From Macrostomum lignano (Eukaryota): a stretch of DNA of 64,000 nucleotides. Shown here one piece after another: positions 24,224 through 36,290 of the stretch (the stretch's first letter is position 1; each line of letters begins with the position of its first letter). The stretch spans positions 62,001 to 126,000 of the forward strand of contig NIVC01001416.1 in assembly GCA_002269645.1 (NCBI GenBank), in the 5' to 3' direction. The notes under the pieces were generated by a model. The model was not told where the DNA came from. It ran no database searches and saw only the letters and a program-made list of their open reading frames with translations. Made by a program: the position numbers and the translations under genes.

Positions 24224-24636
24224 CTGCTGCGCCTGCGGTGCCACACCCAGCCCAACAGGCCAGCCGCAATCGCCATGGCAACCAGCACCGACACCGCAAC
24301 CGCCACCACGATGGTCATCGAGCCGCCGCCTCCGCCTCCGGTTGTGACGAATTTGAGCTGAGCTGGAGTTCCTGTGAGAGTCTGGCTCACGGGAATCACC
24401 TTCACTGAGTACTCTGAGCCTGGCTGCAGGTGTTCCAGCCTCACTGTGTGTTGGGTGGAGCCGTTGCTAGGGGCGCCAGTCCGCATGGCAACCAGCGGAT
24501 TGACAAGAGCGGAGCCGCACTCGGCAGCGAGTTCATTCAGCAGCTCATTGGTGCTGCAGTTGAGCAGCTGGCAGCCAGGAGCTGAGCTTGAGTTCAGCAC
24601 CAGCATCTGGGAGCAGCCTGAGGATGAGTTCAGCAC
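24224..24636 (-). CDS. FN3 receptor gene A, exon 5 (end of last FN3 plus transmembrane helix)
   Basis: CCCCAG| acceptor, phase 0. LEHLQPGSEYSVKV, then TM IVVAVAVSVLVAMAIAAGLLGWVW and stop-transfer HRRRS. Donor AG|GTACGG. Confidence 0.85.
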
Positions 24637-25827
24637 CTGGGGAGTTCGGGGAAATTCGCCTGTCTAGTGACTGACATTGGCAGATGCAGTTTCAAGCTGG
24701 ATGCAACTTAAGGCTGCTGGAACACCTTGATGGGGCTTTTAGCAGCAGTTTGAGTTCTTAAGTTCTCAAGTTCACTTCTCTGTGCTCTCCATCTTTTTCT
24801 CATTCTCTCCCTCACTCCCTCACTCTCCATCACTCTCCATCACTCCGCATCACTCTCCCCATCACTCTCCCTAACAACTCTGTTATCTGTGGATCTCTAT
24901 CGATCTCATCTCCTATAATGCATTTTACCCACCCATCAACCTCATCATAACAAACCATCTCTCCGCGCCTTCCTTTGGATCAGAGAATACGAAGATCGGC
25001 ATAAAAAGCCGAGAAAAAAATTGACAGAGCAAGCCATAAACAATTCAGTTTGTCATGCTAAATGGAACGATAAGCGAGAATAGAAGGCACGATTTGAGAG
25101 CTTTTCACAACAAGACGTATTCATTTTCTTCAGTCTGACCGACTAAAGCTATAATGGCACCGTGGATTTCATTTTTTGCAACATCTCATAAAGTGCAGAA
25201 ATAACTCGCTACCAAAAGGAACCATTTGGCGGTAGCCGACATGGTTGAGGATGAGCTCAACTGAAGGTTCCACCTTGCAGCGAAAGAAGCGAAGATTCAT
25301 GAGACGAGGCAGTGGAAAAATATGCAAGCCTCTTCAACATGCAAACTTTTTAGGCAAAATCTGATTGGTTTTCAGCAACGACTTTTTCGGTTAGGAGCCA
25401 GATAATGAGAGGCACAGCGAGAGAGGCAATGCACAGTCAGTCAAGTCCTCCAAAGCTATCATAATCTACCCTGTTATCAACCATTAGCATAGCACTAAAT
25501 GTGCACACTCAATTAAAGCGGTTGCTGCATAAGGAATAAAAATAACCCGGATACTGGCATACAGCTCAGATATCAATGCATGCGCACTGCTGCTTTCTTA
25601 TCGATTCGCCAACTCCACACAAACAAAATCTGGCCAACCCAGAGCATCGTGCCGACTGTGTGAGAATCTCAACAGAAGGCGAGTCAGGACTGAAACTCTG
25701 AGTGAGCAAAGGGTCTATGAAAATTCACTAATATCTGCCACTGGGTAACTTTTAGCATAAGTATAATGTGCTTGACAATGCCACTTAGGTCACTGCATTG
25801 AGTCATCAGTCACTTCCTGTCCATGGG

Positions 25828-26108
25828 TTCCTCCGCTGTCCCTTCAGTCCCTCCGCTGCACCTTCAGTCCCTCCGCTGTCCCTTCAGTCCCTCCGCTGTC
25901 CCTTCAGTTCCTCCGCTGTCCCTTCAGTCCCTCCGATGTCCCTTCAGTCCCTCCGCTGCCCCTTCAGTCCCTCCGCTGCCCCTTCAGTCCCTCCGCTGTC
26001 CCTTCAGTCCCTCCGCTGTCCCTTCAGTCCCTCCGCTGCCCCTTCAGTCCCTCCGCTGTCCCTTCAGTCCCTCCGCTGTCCCTTCAGTCCCTCCGCTGCC
26101 CCTTCAGT
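25828..26108. repeat. 20-bp minisatellite (ccttcagtccctccgctgtc), ~14 copies, gene A intron 4
   Basis: Read directly. Confidence 0.95.
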
Positions 26109-26154
26109 GCCTCTCATGCCTCGCAATGGAGCTCCCAGTTGCAGGCGGCCTCAC

Positions 26155-27278
26155 CTGCACAGCGAACGCCTGCAGCAGGCCGTTTGGCAGCCGCGGCTCC
26201 TCGAACTCCACCAGCGCCTCCGCCTCCGATGGCGTCGCCCGCAGACCACCGACGGCGCCGCTGCGAGTCTCCGGGCTGCGGAAGGAGGCGGAGGCGGCGG
26301 CACCGGGCCCCGCGAGGTTCACCGGCCACAGCGAGGCGCCGTACTCGGTCCAGGGCAGCAGCGAGCTCGGCGAGGCGCCCTCGGAGCTGACGGCGACCTC
26401 CGCAGACAGCGAGGCGTCGCCGAACTCGAAGGTCCGCACGAGCACCGGCGCTGAGCAGTCGGCCGTCAGGGCCTCGAGCCGCTGCCGGGCCTCCTCCGAC
26501 TGCAGCTGGAGGCGGTGGCGGCCGCAGTCGGAGCAGTTCAGCCGCCGGGCCGCCGCGCAGCCGCCCGGACCGTCCAGTCGCAGCTCGAACTCGAACACGA
26601 CGCCCCGGCCGAGCTCGGGGCTGAGCGGCTTCCAGCTGAGGCGGACGGGACCGCCAGGGACCGCCAGCGGCTGCAGGCCGCCGGACACCGCGGGCGCCTC
26701 ACCGTCGGGCAGCCGCCGCTCCGCCCTGTCACTGCCGCGGCTGCAGCCGCCGCCCGTGCAGGCGCCGACGCGGCAGAAGCCGACGTGGCCCGGCAGCGGC
26801 GGCGGCTCGAGCTGCAGGCGGGTCGTGTCGGCCGCCGCCTCCTTGGCTCCGACGCGAATCTCAGCGCCGTCCGGGAAGCTCAACGAGCCCCAGGCCACCG
26901 AGTAGTTGCGGATGACGCCGTTCGGCTCGCTGGGAGCCCGCCAGTCGCATAGCAACTGCGATGACGCATCGTCCAGCCTCACCGACTGCGGCTGCGACGG
27001 CGCGTCCTCCAGCGTTCGAACCTCCGACCTCTGGGGCAGCGAGGCCATGCCTGACAGCTCGGCGACCGCCTCCACCAAGTAGTTGGTGAACGGCCTCAGC
27101 GGCTGCAGAGCCACGGTGCACCTGCCGGAGTCCGGGCGGCAGCTGTTGGTAGCAGCAGCGAAGCTCCCGCTGTCTGCGTGGGCGGCCGCCGTCAGCAGCT
27201 CGGAGCCGGAGCTGGCAGTCAGCGACACCTCGACGGCGCGCCTGTCAGGCAGAAGCGACACCAAAGGGCGGCCGGGCG
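26155..27278 (-). CDS. FN3 receptor gene A, exon 4 (about 3.5 FN3 domains)
   Basis: CCCGCAG| acceptor, phase 1. LQPLRPFTNYLVE, EDAPSQP...WRAPSEPNGVIRNYSV, LLPWTEYGASL. Donor CAG|GTGAGG, phase 0. Confidence 0.88.
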
Positions 27279-27304
27279 CTGCGGGACGGCGGCGGGGAAA
27301 CCGG

Positions 27305-27870
27305 GCTCAGAACCAAGACTCACTCAGAACCAAGACTCACTCAGAACCAACACTCACTCAGAACCAACACTCACTCAGAACCAACACTCACTCAGAACCA
27401 ACACTCACTCAGAACCAAGACTCACTCAGAACCAAGACTCACTCAGAACCAAGACTCACTCAGAACCAAGACTCACTCAGAACTAAGACTCACTCAGAAC
27501 CAACACTCACTCAGAACCAACACTCACTCAGAACCAACACTCACTCAGAACCAACACTCACTCAGAACCGACACTCACTCAGAACCAACACTCACTCAGA
27601 ACCAAGACTCACTCAGAACCAACACTCACTCAGAACCAAGACTCACTCGGAACCAATACTCTCACACAACCAACACTCACTCAGAACCAACACTCACTCA
27701 GAACCAACACTCACTCAGAACCAACACTCACTCAGAACCGACACTCACTCGGAACCAAGACTCACTCGGAAACAAGACTCACTCAGAACCAACACTCACT
27801 AAGAACCAAGACTCACTCAGAACCAAGACTCACTTAGAACCAACACTCACTCAGAACCAACACTCACTCA
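27305..27870. repeat. 17-bp minisatellite (tcagaaccaacactcac), ~33 copies, filling gene A intron 3
   Basis: Read directly. Confidence 0.96.
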
Positions 27871-27896
27871 CAACAAAGACTCTGAGCTGAACTCAC

Positions 27897-28229
27897 GCAT
27901 CTGCAGCTGCTCAGCGATGACGATCTCCGAGCCCTCCTGCCTCAGCCCGGATTTGTTGGCCACGGCAGCCACCGCCACCGTCAGCTTCAGCGAGAGCAGC
28001 TCCGCCTCCGCCAGGCTCAGCAGCAGCCTCATCGAGTTGAACGCAGCCTCCCTCAGCAAGTCGGGCTTCGAGGCGCTGCTCACGCGGAACTGCAGCAGGT
28101 CGGCACCCTTGGCAGCGCTGGACGTCCAGTTGAGCAGCAGCACCGCCTCGGCGGGCTGCGACTCGCTCGGCTGCGACTCCGCGGCAGCGGCTGAGGGTCG
28201 GCTGGCGGGGTCCGCGATGAGCAACGGCC
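27897..28229 (-). CDS. FN3 receptor gene A, exon 3 (divergent FN3-like)
   Basis: CTCCCCAG| acceptor and C|GTGAGT donor; 333 bp, phase 1-1. Confidence 0.78.
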
Positions 28230-28267
28230 CTGGGGAGGGCGGGGAGATGGGAATTGAGATTGAGCGG

Positions 28268-28600
28268 AGTGACACTGTGAGCTGAGTGACACTGTGAGCG
28301 GAGTGAAATTGAGATGAGTGACAATGTCACCTGAGTGACACTGTGAGCTGAGTGACACTGTGAGCTGAGTGACACTGTGAGCTGAGCTGAGTGACACTGT
28401 GAGCTGAGTGACACTGTGAGCTGAGTGACACTGTGAGCTGAGTGACACTGTGAGCTGAGTGACACTGTGAGCTGAGTGACACTGTGAGCTGAGTGACACT
28501 GTGAGCAGAGTGACACTGTGAGCTGAGTGACACTGTGAGCTGAGTGACACTGTGAGCTGAGTGACACTGTGAGCTGAGTGACACTGTGAGCTGAGTGACA
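28268..28600. repeat. 17-bp minisatellite (gagctgagtgacactgt), ~19 copies, gene A intron 2
   Basis: Read directly. Confidence 0.95.
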
Positions 28601-28689
28601 GCATGGGCTGCAGAGCTAGGAGGCAAGCAAAGAGGTGAAAGTATTTTTTAATGTATTACTAATACGTATTAAATATTGTTGAAGCTCAC

Positions 28690-28911
28690 TGGTCAAAGCT
28701 GTACCATATATGTAAGCCCCGCTTGGAAACCCAGTCTTGACAGGTTTCACTGTGACAGTGACAGAGGCTCCGGATGGCTGGCCTGTGCACACAGCGGTTG
28801 TGTCTGGCACTCTGCCAGCGCAGCTCACTTCATACTCGACTCCGACATCGGGAGAGACCGCCCACCGGGCTCTGAAGCTCGTTTCCGTCACATCCGAGAT
28901 GTGCACTGGTC
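28690..28911 (-). CDS. FN3 receptor gene A, exon 2 (short FN3 module)
   Basis: 222 bp, phase 1-1. ISDVTETSFRARW...VEYEVSC. Donor A|GTGAGC. Confidence 0.85.
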
Positions 28912-29456
28912 CTGAGATATTGATGAGTGCTGAAATTGTGTTGGGACTTGCTCAACAGATGTTGTGAAGTTTCGCGAGCTGGTTTTGTATTTAAAAATCA
29001 TAAAAATAGTAATGAAGTCCATGAGATTTGCCCTCAGACGAAGTACATGACGAGTTTCGCCCGCAATGCTTTGCTTGCAAAGACTTGCTAAGCCTAAAAT
29101 ACTTGCTAAGCATTGGGGGGCAATGCAGACAAAATCTGCCGCGTGTCTAAATGCACTGCAGGAAAAAAGCATTGGGGGTAAACCTCGGCGGGAACAAACA
29201 AGGCGGAAAACTCGCTCGTGGGCAAATGCTTTTCGGGAAAATCTCGGCGGGCAGTTCTTCTGCGTGCTTAATCATTGCTGGTAATAAAATGTGTAATACA
29301 AACAGAACTCATCGAATAATCAAATTCAGTTCAGTTAGAGAGTGAGAAATGCTATGAATTCATTTAGAAATCCCAGTAGCCAGGTGTGGCAGCCGACGGC
29401 GCACCTGAGGCTGCGTGCATTCTGCACTGAATGACCCGCACAGTTTTCATTCTCAC

Positions 29457-29862
29457 CTGTCCTTCCAGAAAGATGGAATGCAGGGCTGAGTCTGCAATTC
29501 CGAAGTCCAGCCTGAATGGAGACGTTGTACTCAGTAGCTCCATTGAGTCCTCGAAATGTGTACGTCTCATCTGTAGTGTTGTGTTGCTGAGTGGGACAGC
29601 TGGGGCAGTTTACTATGTAAAAGTACCCTGTGATGCCACGGTCTGGTGACTGCCAATCAACTGTTGTTGATGAAATTGTAGTAGAGCGAACAGCAGCCAC
29701 TGTCACAGGATCCACCTGACCCGGCACCAGTTTTCCACACGACGTGCCTTGAGCAGCCGCCTCATCGCACAGCAGCAGAGCAGCTGCAGCAGCAACCAGA
29801 AGCAGCCAATAGAAGCAACTGCAGCGGAAGAGACGTCGGGCTCCAGCAGACACGCAGTGCAT
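29457..29862 (-). CDS. FN3 receptor gene A, exon 1 (signal peptide plus FN3); 917 aa in total
   Basis: Hydrophobic LLLVAAAAALLL signal, FN3 signature RGLNGATEYNVSI, donor G|GTGAGA. Seven exons sum to 2754 nt with no internal stop. Start ATG is inferred. Confidence 0.82.
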
Positions 29863-30588
29863 TTGGCGAGTTTGTGCCAATCTGATTTTATCCAGTCAAA
29901 ATTAACGCGGACTTTCGCTTTTGAGAATAAGTAAAACTCTCGCACGCTGAGCCGACCACAGGGCTTAAAGTAAGAAAGCAATTTTTTTCTCGAAAAGTCG
30001 CTATCGCGTGTTTTGCGTCTGCCATGATAAGTAGAGCTTGTGCGCACCTGCTCTTATCTGCCGCAAAGCAGAGCTACCTGGAAAGCCGCTATGAAGTCAT
30101 GGATTTGGAGCTAGCTGCTGTGCTTTTGACAAAGTGCAAAGTGCTGGTCAAGTAGCAATTTAAAACACAAGGAGCCTCTACTCAGTAAACCTAATAGTCT
30201 GACTCTTCTCTTTGCTGGCTTTTTTTTCAATCGTGAGGGAATTTCAAAAGGCTTTTTTAGGGTTTTTATGCATTTTTTCTGAATCTTGATCAATATTTAA
30301 TAAAAAGGAACAGAACTGAGGTAGAATTCTGAGATCACTGCATAAGTTTGAATCACAAGTTACCTAAAAAAATTAAGCCCAGTATCAATAATTATTATAT
30401 TTTTTGACAGCGCCTTACAGTGACCCTGCCGAACGAAGACGGATTCTCTCAGTGCGAGGACTTCAGGTAGCTCGACTTCCATGGTGCTGAGTCTTGACTC
30501 CATTGTCTCCGACAGGAGGTCCCGGACCTGGCGAGCAGCGCACCAGCTCAGCATCATCTTCAAGTCCGTCGCGAGGGGTGACCTGACC

Positions 30589-30965
30589 CAGAAGCGTCAC
30601 CATGGATTTTATGGTGGGGCGTAGCCAAGAATTTTACACGTACATGTACACGACTTAATTCTCACATGTAAATTATTTTCAGAATCAGTGTTGTCAGCAC
30701 GCATTTTAGCGCCGCAGGCACTCATTTTAGCGCCACAGGCACTTATTTTAGCGCCACAGGCACTCATTTTAGCGCTACAGGCACTCATTTTAGCGCTACA
30801 GGCACTCATTTTAGCGCTACAGGCACTCATTTTAGCGCTACAGGCACTCATTTTAGCGCCACAGGCACTCATTTTAGCGCCACAGGCACTCATTTTAGCG
30901 CCACAGGCACTTATTTTAGCGCCGCAGGCACTCATTTTAGCGCTACAGGCACTCATTTTAGAGCC
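30589..30965 (+). mobile_element. Truncated MITE (same family as 49859-51748) with internal 21-bp repeat
   Basis: Left end cagaagcgtcaccatggattttatg...tagccaagaattttaca matches 49859 onward. Repeat unit gcactcattttagcgc(c/t)acag, ~12 copies. Confidence 0.8.
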
Positions 30966-31589
30966 CCGCCTGAATTGGTTACCAGGGGATTTAGGCTAAC
31001 AGGGGAGACGCATTCAGCCGAGTACAGGGACTCTGCTTGGGGCATGATCGGGAACTCTGGGCTCAATCTGGAGGATTTCTCAGCAGGGGATCCTTTGTGG
31101 CTGTGAGCGAGGCTGACTTGCGGCTTTAATTACTAAGAGTAGAGTGAGATGAACATGTACTGTCTATAGTTTAGATTGCTCAGAGCGAAGGGACGCGTCA
31201 GCATGGGGTTGCAACCTTCCTACTGCCATTCTGTGCCAAGACTCGCTAATCCCCTCTACTGCACGCATACTCGGCCCGCAGCACGCGCACACAGCCGTTA
31301 GCTTACCCAAACTTCCTTATGCTTTGCCACCCAGGGAGAAAGGCTTCAGCAAGCCATGAGTGAAATGATGGTGAAAGAGTGAATAATGATGAGGTTAGTT
31401 AATAGTTAATAATTAGGCCCTTAGGCAAATAATTAGGCAATTACGCGGCTTCACTATTGAATAAAGTACAGCAAAAGATACGGTATCACAATCGGCTCAG
31501 CTCTCTAATCAAGCAATGGAAAATAGGCAAACCCCGGATAAGCAAAGGCAATTAGAGCACAAATTAGTAACAGGAACTTACCGGCAGCT

Positions 31590-31593
<4 letters not shown>

Positions 31594-31624
<31 letters not shown>

Positions 31625-31981
31625 CGGAGTGACCGTGGGCGGCTGTTGGCTGTAGACAGGCAGGCTGTAAAGTGGCGATGCGCTAAAGCGACGAGGCGCT
31701 GATGTAGTTTAGGCGATGCTGAAGATGCTTGGCGGTAACAGACCGCGGGCCGGCAGGGGTTCGTCCTATAGACGAATGGGTCAGATCGGTGTCTGACAGC
31801 GAGTCCACAGTAGGACGAGAAGGGACGCGTAGTAACGCTTCTGAGGATTCTCATTGCCGAAAACCGATTCCTTAAATAGCCTTCCCAGCCGCCGCTCCAA
31901 GGTCGTTTCCATGACTCTCTCTCTCTCTCTCTCTCCGCAGGCGATGGCGCCATCGGCAGGAAGCTCTTGCTGAATACGCCT

Positions 31982-32036
<55 letters not shown>
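31594..32036. repeat. Cluster of (AG)n, (CT)n and (TG)n microsatellites
   Basis: Approximately 31594-31622, 31912-31934 and 31983-32036. Confidence 0.92.
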
Positions 32037-32040
<4 letters not shown>

Positions 32041-32448
32041 TTTGTTTGTGTACATTGTGTACATTTGCGTACATGTGGTCCTATATACCGGAAATTGCGT
32101 ACATTTATGCGTACAATTATGTCTATGCGCTACATTGTGTGTAGTTCGTTGCCCTGCGTTTGTAAATACAGTTTAGTCCGTGCACTGCATTGATGCCTAC
32201 TTTTGTGTTAGGTACCTGCTTTTTATTAAATACACTGCACCAAAAGCAACTTTAATCGGTACATACTGTGTTTTTGTAGAGGTGCCGGTATGCTTTTTAA
32301 TACATATGTCTTTAGTGTAATTTGGTGTGCTTCAACTTGGCTCGCGAATCTTGCACTATAGCTCTCTAGTGGAAAGTACTCTTACTTGTGCTGGCTGCGG
32401 GTGATAGTAAGGCTTTCTGCTTGACTTCTTTAGTTTACTTGATGGTTA

Positions 32449-32750
32449 AATGAGGAGTGGGAGCTGACGCGCCTACCTCAGGGGAGGAATGCAGCCCCAC
32501 GGTCTGGTGCAGTGCAGCGCTTTCTGTTATCCCTCTCCGTCCGCACTGTACTTGGTCTCCGCTAGGATCACCCCTTGGGGTTAAGAGTGGGCGGGTCCTT
32601 TGTACTCGACCCTGGGTTAAAAACTCGCATTTGGAGGCTCTGGGGAGAGTTGCAGTGGAGTTCAACAAATTTCTGATAAGATCTCTTGCGGGGGCATGAC
32701 ACTCGTCTCGAAATAATAAAAACCTGAACAAGTGCTGGATGCCCTTACTA
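32449..32750 (+). mobile_element. Possible highly decayed reverse transcriptase fragment
   Basis: EEWELTRLPQGRNAAP resembles RT motif B. The downstream YxDD position is disrupted. Confidence 0.33.
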
Positions 32751-33344
32751 GTTGGCGGGTTGTTACCTCTACAATTGTGTACTATTTCTGTCAATATTTT
32801 CCCCTGCATTATGTCAATATGTGCTACAGCGTGTCATAATATGATACTTTACGCACTAATATGTATCATAATTTTCCTGCATTATGCCTGCTTCTGTCTC
32901 TACGATGTGTGTATTTTAGCCTATGCATCTACATAATTCGAATCTACAGTGTGTGCATATGCACCTGCATTATACTTGTATCTACTGTGCGTATGTGTAT
33001 TTCAACCTATGTTTTACAATATACTAGCATCTACAAGCGCCTACTACACTAATGAGTAGGTTCTGTGTATTATACCTACTATTTTGTCTATTTCACCTAC
33101 TTTTCTGCCAAAATATCGATAAAATGCACCTACATTGTGTGTTTTTTGCTGCCCATATGCTTAATTCTATATGTCCGTACGCCTATATGTTTCGTAATAT
33201 GTATTATGCCCTGATATTTACACCTACTGATGTGATTAATATGTGTTTTGCTTACTTTTTACGTAAATATACGCAATTTCACCTACTATAAGTAGTTTTC
33301 ACTAGCCTAATTTTGTGTTAATAGGTATTGTTGACTACAAATCG

Positions 33345-33720
33345 ATGTACACTCATATCGGGAGAGTGTACACTCATATTGGGAGAGTGTACACTCATAT
33401 TGGGAGAGTGTACACTTGTATTGGGAGAGTGTACACTCATATTGGAAGAGTGTACCTTCGGCTCGGGAGGGGGGCGCCCGCGGCGTACATTTCGGGGGGC
33501 CGCTTGGCACCTGTGGCTCGAGTGCCATAAGGTAGGGTGTACATGTCGGGGTACATGTCGGTGGGGTCGCCTGCGACATACATGTTGGGTACATGTCGGG
33601 AGGGTCGCCTGCGGCATACATGTCGGGAGGGTTGCCTGCGTCATACATATCGGGGCGCATGGACAGGTCTCGAGTGGTGTACTCTTTGTGTGAATGCATT
33701 CTTGGTGTGTAACTCTTGAC
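33345..33720. repeat. Composite repeat block (gggagagtgtacactcatat; gggtcgcctgcg)
   Basis: Read directly; related to 35960-36290. Confidence 0.85.
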
Positions 33721-35652
33721 CATCCCTTCCCTCCAGGAGCACTGCAAGTAGACTAGTATGGCTTGGTATTCGGAGTTGGCGTGTGTACACAATATACTCT
33801 TTGTAATATTTACCTGACCTGGGTTTGTAAGGTCTAATAACATATAAATGACTACTGTTGACCCGTTGACGCATCTGGATGGTGTGATAAAAACTAATAA
33901 CGTACCGCGATTTCGAGAGAAATCCTAGCACAATACTGTTCTGTCTGGCATGTGGAAAAGTATTTACCCCGCCTTCGCTTACTCATACTGCCTACCGACA
34001 AAGCTTATCTCTATTAGCAATCTGTTCGTGGTGGTTTAGAAGGATACTGTCTTCCTGTATATAGCTCTCTATCCCTTCATCACTCGTAATAACTTCATAA
34101 ATGCTCGCTTGACCAATGGCTGGTGCTGAACTAATAATTCATACGATACATATTGGCTAATACTTTCTAACTCCGTACAGCTCACAAGTTTCTACTCTCT
34201 ACCTTATCAGTAACATTAAAATGAAAAAGGTAAAATTTGCTGGTTTTGTGCTTTGTTTGCTTACTTTTCTATTAAAATACTGGCGGTTTATAATTGAAAA
34301 TGTCTGCTTTTTATTCAATTTTATGTGGTTTGAAGGTTTATTTTTGCTAAAATGCATGGTTTCTTATAAAAATTTCTACTCTCGACAATGATTGTGTCTG
34401 CAGCTATTTCATTAAAATAACCTACTTTTGAATAAAACGTTGTATTTAAGCCCCTAGTTTTTTTTCAAAACATAATGGAAACCCTCACAACGCCCTTGGA
34501 ACCTCCTCAAGCAGCTTACATAGAGCATGCAGACCCCGAAACCCCCTCTAGTGTGCCCTGATTTCAGCGGTCTGACGGTTAAGATCTGTATTTTTACACT
34601 ATATTTTCCTTCATACAGCAATACAGGAGGGTTTGGAAGAGTGAGTCTGGCAGGAGAGGGGGCTTGTGGGGTGATGAGGATGCGTACACACAGTTTAGCC
34701 TGTTTTAGCCTACCTTTTGGGCTAATATACTTACTATTATTACTACTATTATACCTACTATGTACATACTATTATACTAACCACTATTAAATATGCTGCA
34801 CTAAAACCAACTTTTGATAATACATAGCGTGTTTTGGTCGATTCTCCCTCACGTCTCTGCCCCTACACATGTGCTCTGCTCGCTTTGTTCTCTGTTTGTG
34901 TACCTCTCTGTAACGTCTCTGTACGCTCAGACTGGTTTCTCCGTCCCCACACGCCATCTACTATTGTTTGCTGTTACCTACCCCTACACACTGCTCTCTG
35001 TCTCCCTCCGCGCACACATCTCTGGCCTTGCATGCAACTCCCCTGTCCTGCCCTCGCGTGGGTCCTTGTCTATACATAGCTACCGGACCCTACCTCTCTG
35101 TGCCTTGCTCGGAACTCTGTCCCAGGCCCCCCTTCACGCTTCTCTGTCCCGGGCTGCAACTGGCTGACACGCGCCTCTCTGTTCCCCTGCCTGCGTGGCT
35201 GCCTACCCCTGCACACTGCTCTCTGTCCCCTCCTCTCCGCGCCTCTCTATCATCCTATTCCTGCAGCTGACCATGCCGTTCAGCTCTGTCCACGCACGGC
35301 TCCACCCCTGCCCGTGTCTCACTGTACCGCCCTGTGTGGCTCCCTTACCCAGCGCGTTTGCTCCCTATCTCCCTCCTGCTCCATATGTTTCTGTTCCCTC
35401 ACACTACGCACCAGTGGCCAGCTCTCTGTCCATACACATCTCTGCTCCTCCACTCTATCCTCGCGTGGTCCTTGACTGTTCGCGTGCCCCTGCATACCCT
35501 GCCTGCCTCTCTGTCCCCTGCAACTGGGGAGGGAGCTCTCTATCCTCTGTACGGCTCTCTCTGTGGGGTGTGTGTGACTCACACTGTCTCTCTGTCCTAG
35601 CATGCGCCTCTCTATCCGGCTCCTGCAGCAGGCTGTGTTATTCACATCTCTT

Positions 35653-35851
35653 TCCGCCCCACCCCTCTCTGCCCGTACACGCTCACTGTACAGGGCTGCG
35701 TCAGCATCGGGGTTAAAACTTCTCGCTCCCTATGCTTCAACAGTATAACAACCTAGTGGCTGGTTCTCTGTCCGCCCCACCCCTCTCTGCCCGTACACGC
35801 TCACTGTACAGGGCTGCGTCAACATCAGGGTTAAAACTTCTCGCTCCCTAT
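35653..35851. repeat. 81-bp direct duplication (35653-35733 and 35771-35851)
   Basis: Near-identical copies, read directly. Confidence 0.9.
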
Positions 35852-35959
35852 ACCCCCAAACCGTGTAGTGGCCTAGTATGGGCGCGACCTGGGTTCGATT
35901 TCGCTAGTTGAGATGTGGGTGAGAGAGGGGAAGAGGCTAGGTGGGGCAGGGCGTGAGGT

Positions 35960-36290
35960 ATAGGGTGCCTGCGGGGTACGTATCGTTGACTACATATCGG
36001 TGTACACACATATCGGGAGAGTGTACTAGGGAGAGTGTACTGGGGAGAGTGTACTTGGGAGAGTGTACTGAGGAGAGTGTACACTCGGGGTGCCTGCGGC
36101 ATGGAAGAGTGTACACCCGGGTGCCTGCGGCTTGGGAGAGTGTACACTCGGGGTGCCTGCGGTTTGGGCGCCTGCTGCATACATATCGGGGTACATATCG
36201 GGAGGGTGTACATGTCGGTAGGGTGAGCATACATATCGGTACATGCCGGTAGGGTCGCCTGCGGCTGGGGAGGGTCGCCTGCGGCTGGAT
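35960..36290. repeat. Composite repeat block (gggagagtgtac; gggtgcctgcgg; acatatcgg)
   Basis: Same motifs and orientation as 33345-33720. Confidence 0.85.

Noticed and set aside
27083-28626. THSEPTLTQN and SQCHSAHSVTQL ORFs
   Set aside because: Intronic 17-bp arrays; the true exons are explained by splice sites.
30360-30588. Coding-like GC-rich patch next to the MITE
   Set aside because: Open on both strands, with no recognisable motif or splice context.
35860-35910. tRNA/SINE-like A and B boxes (tgtagtgg...ggttcgattt)
   Set aside because: No cloverleaf could be formed and the B box is imperfect.
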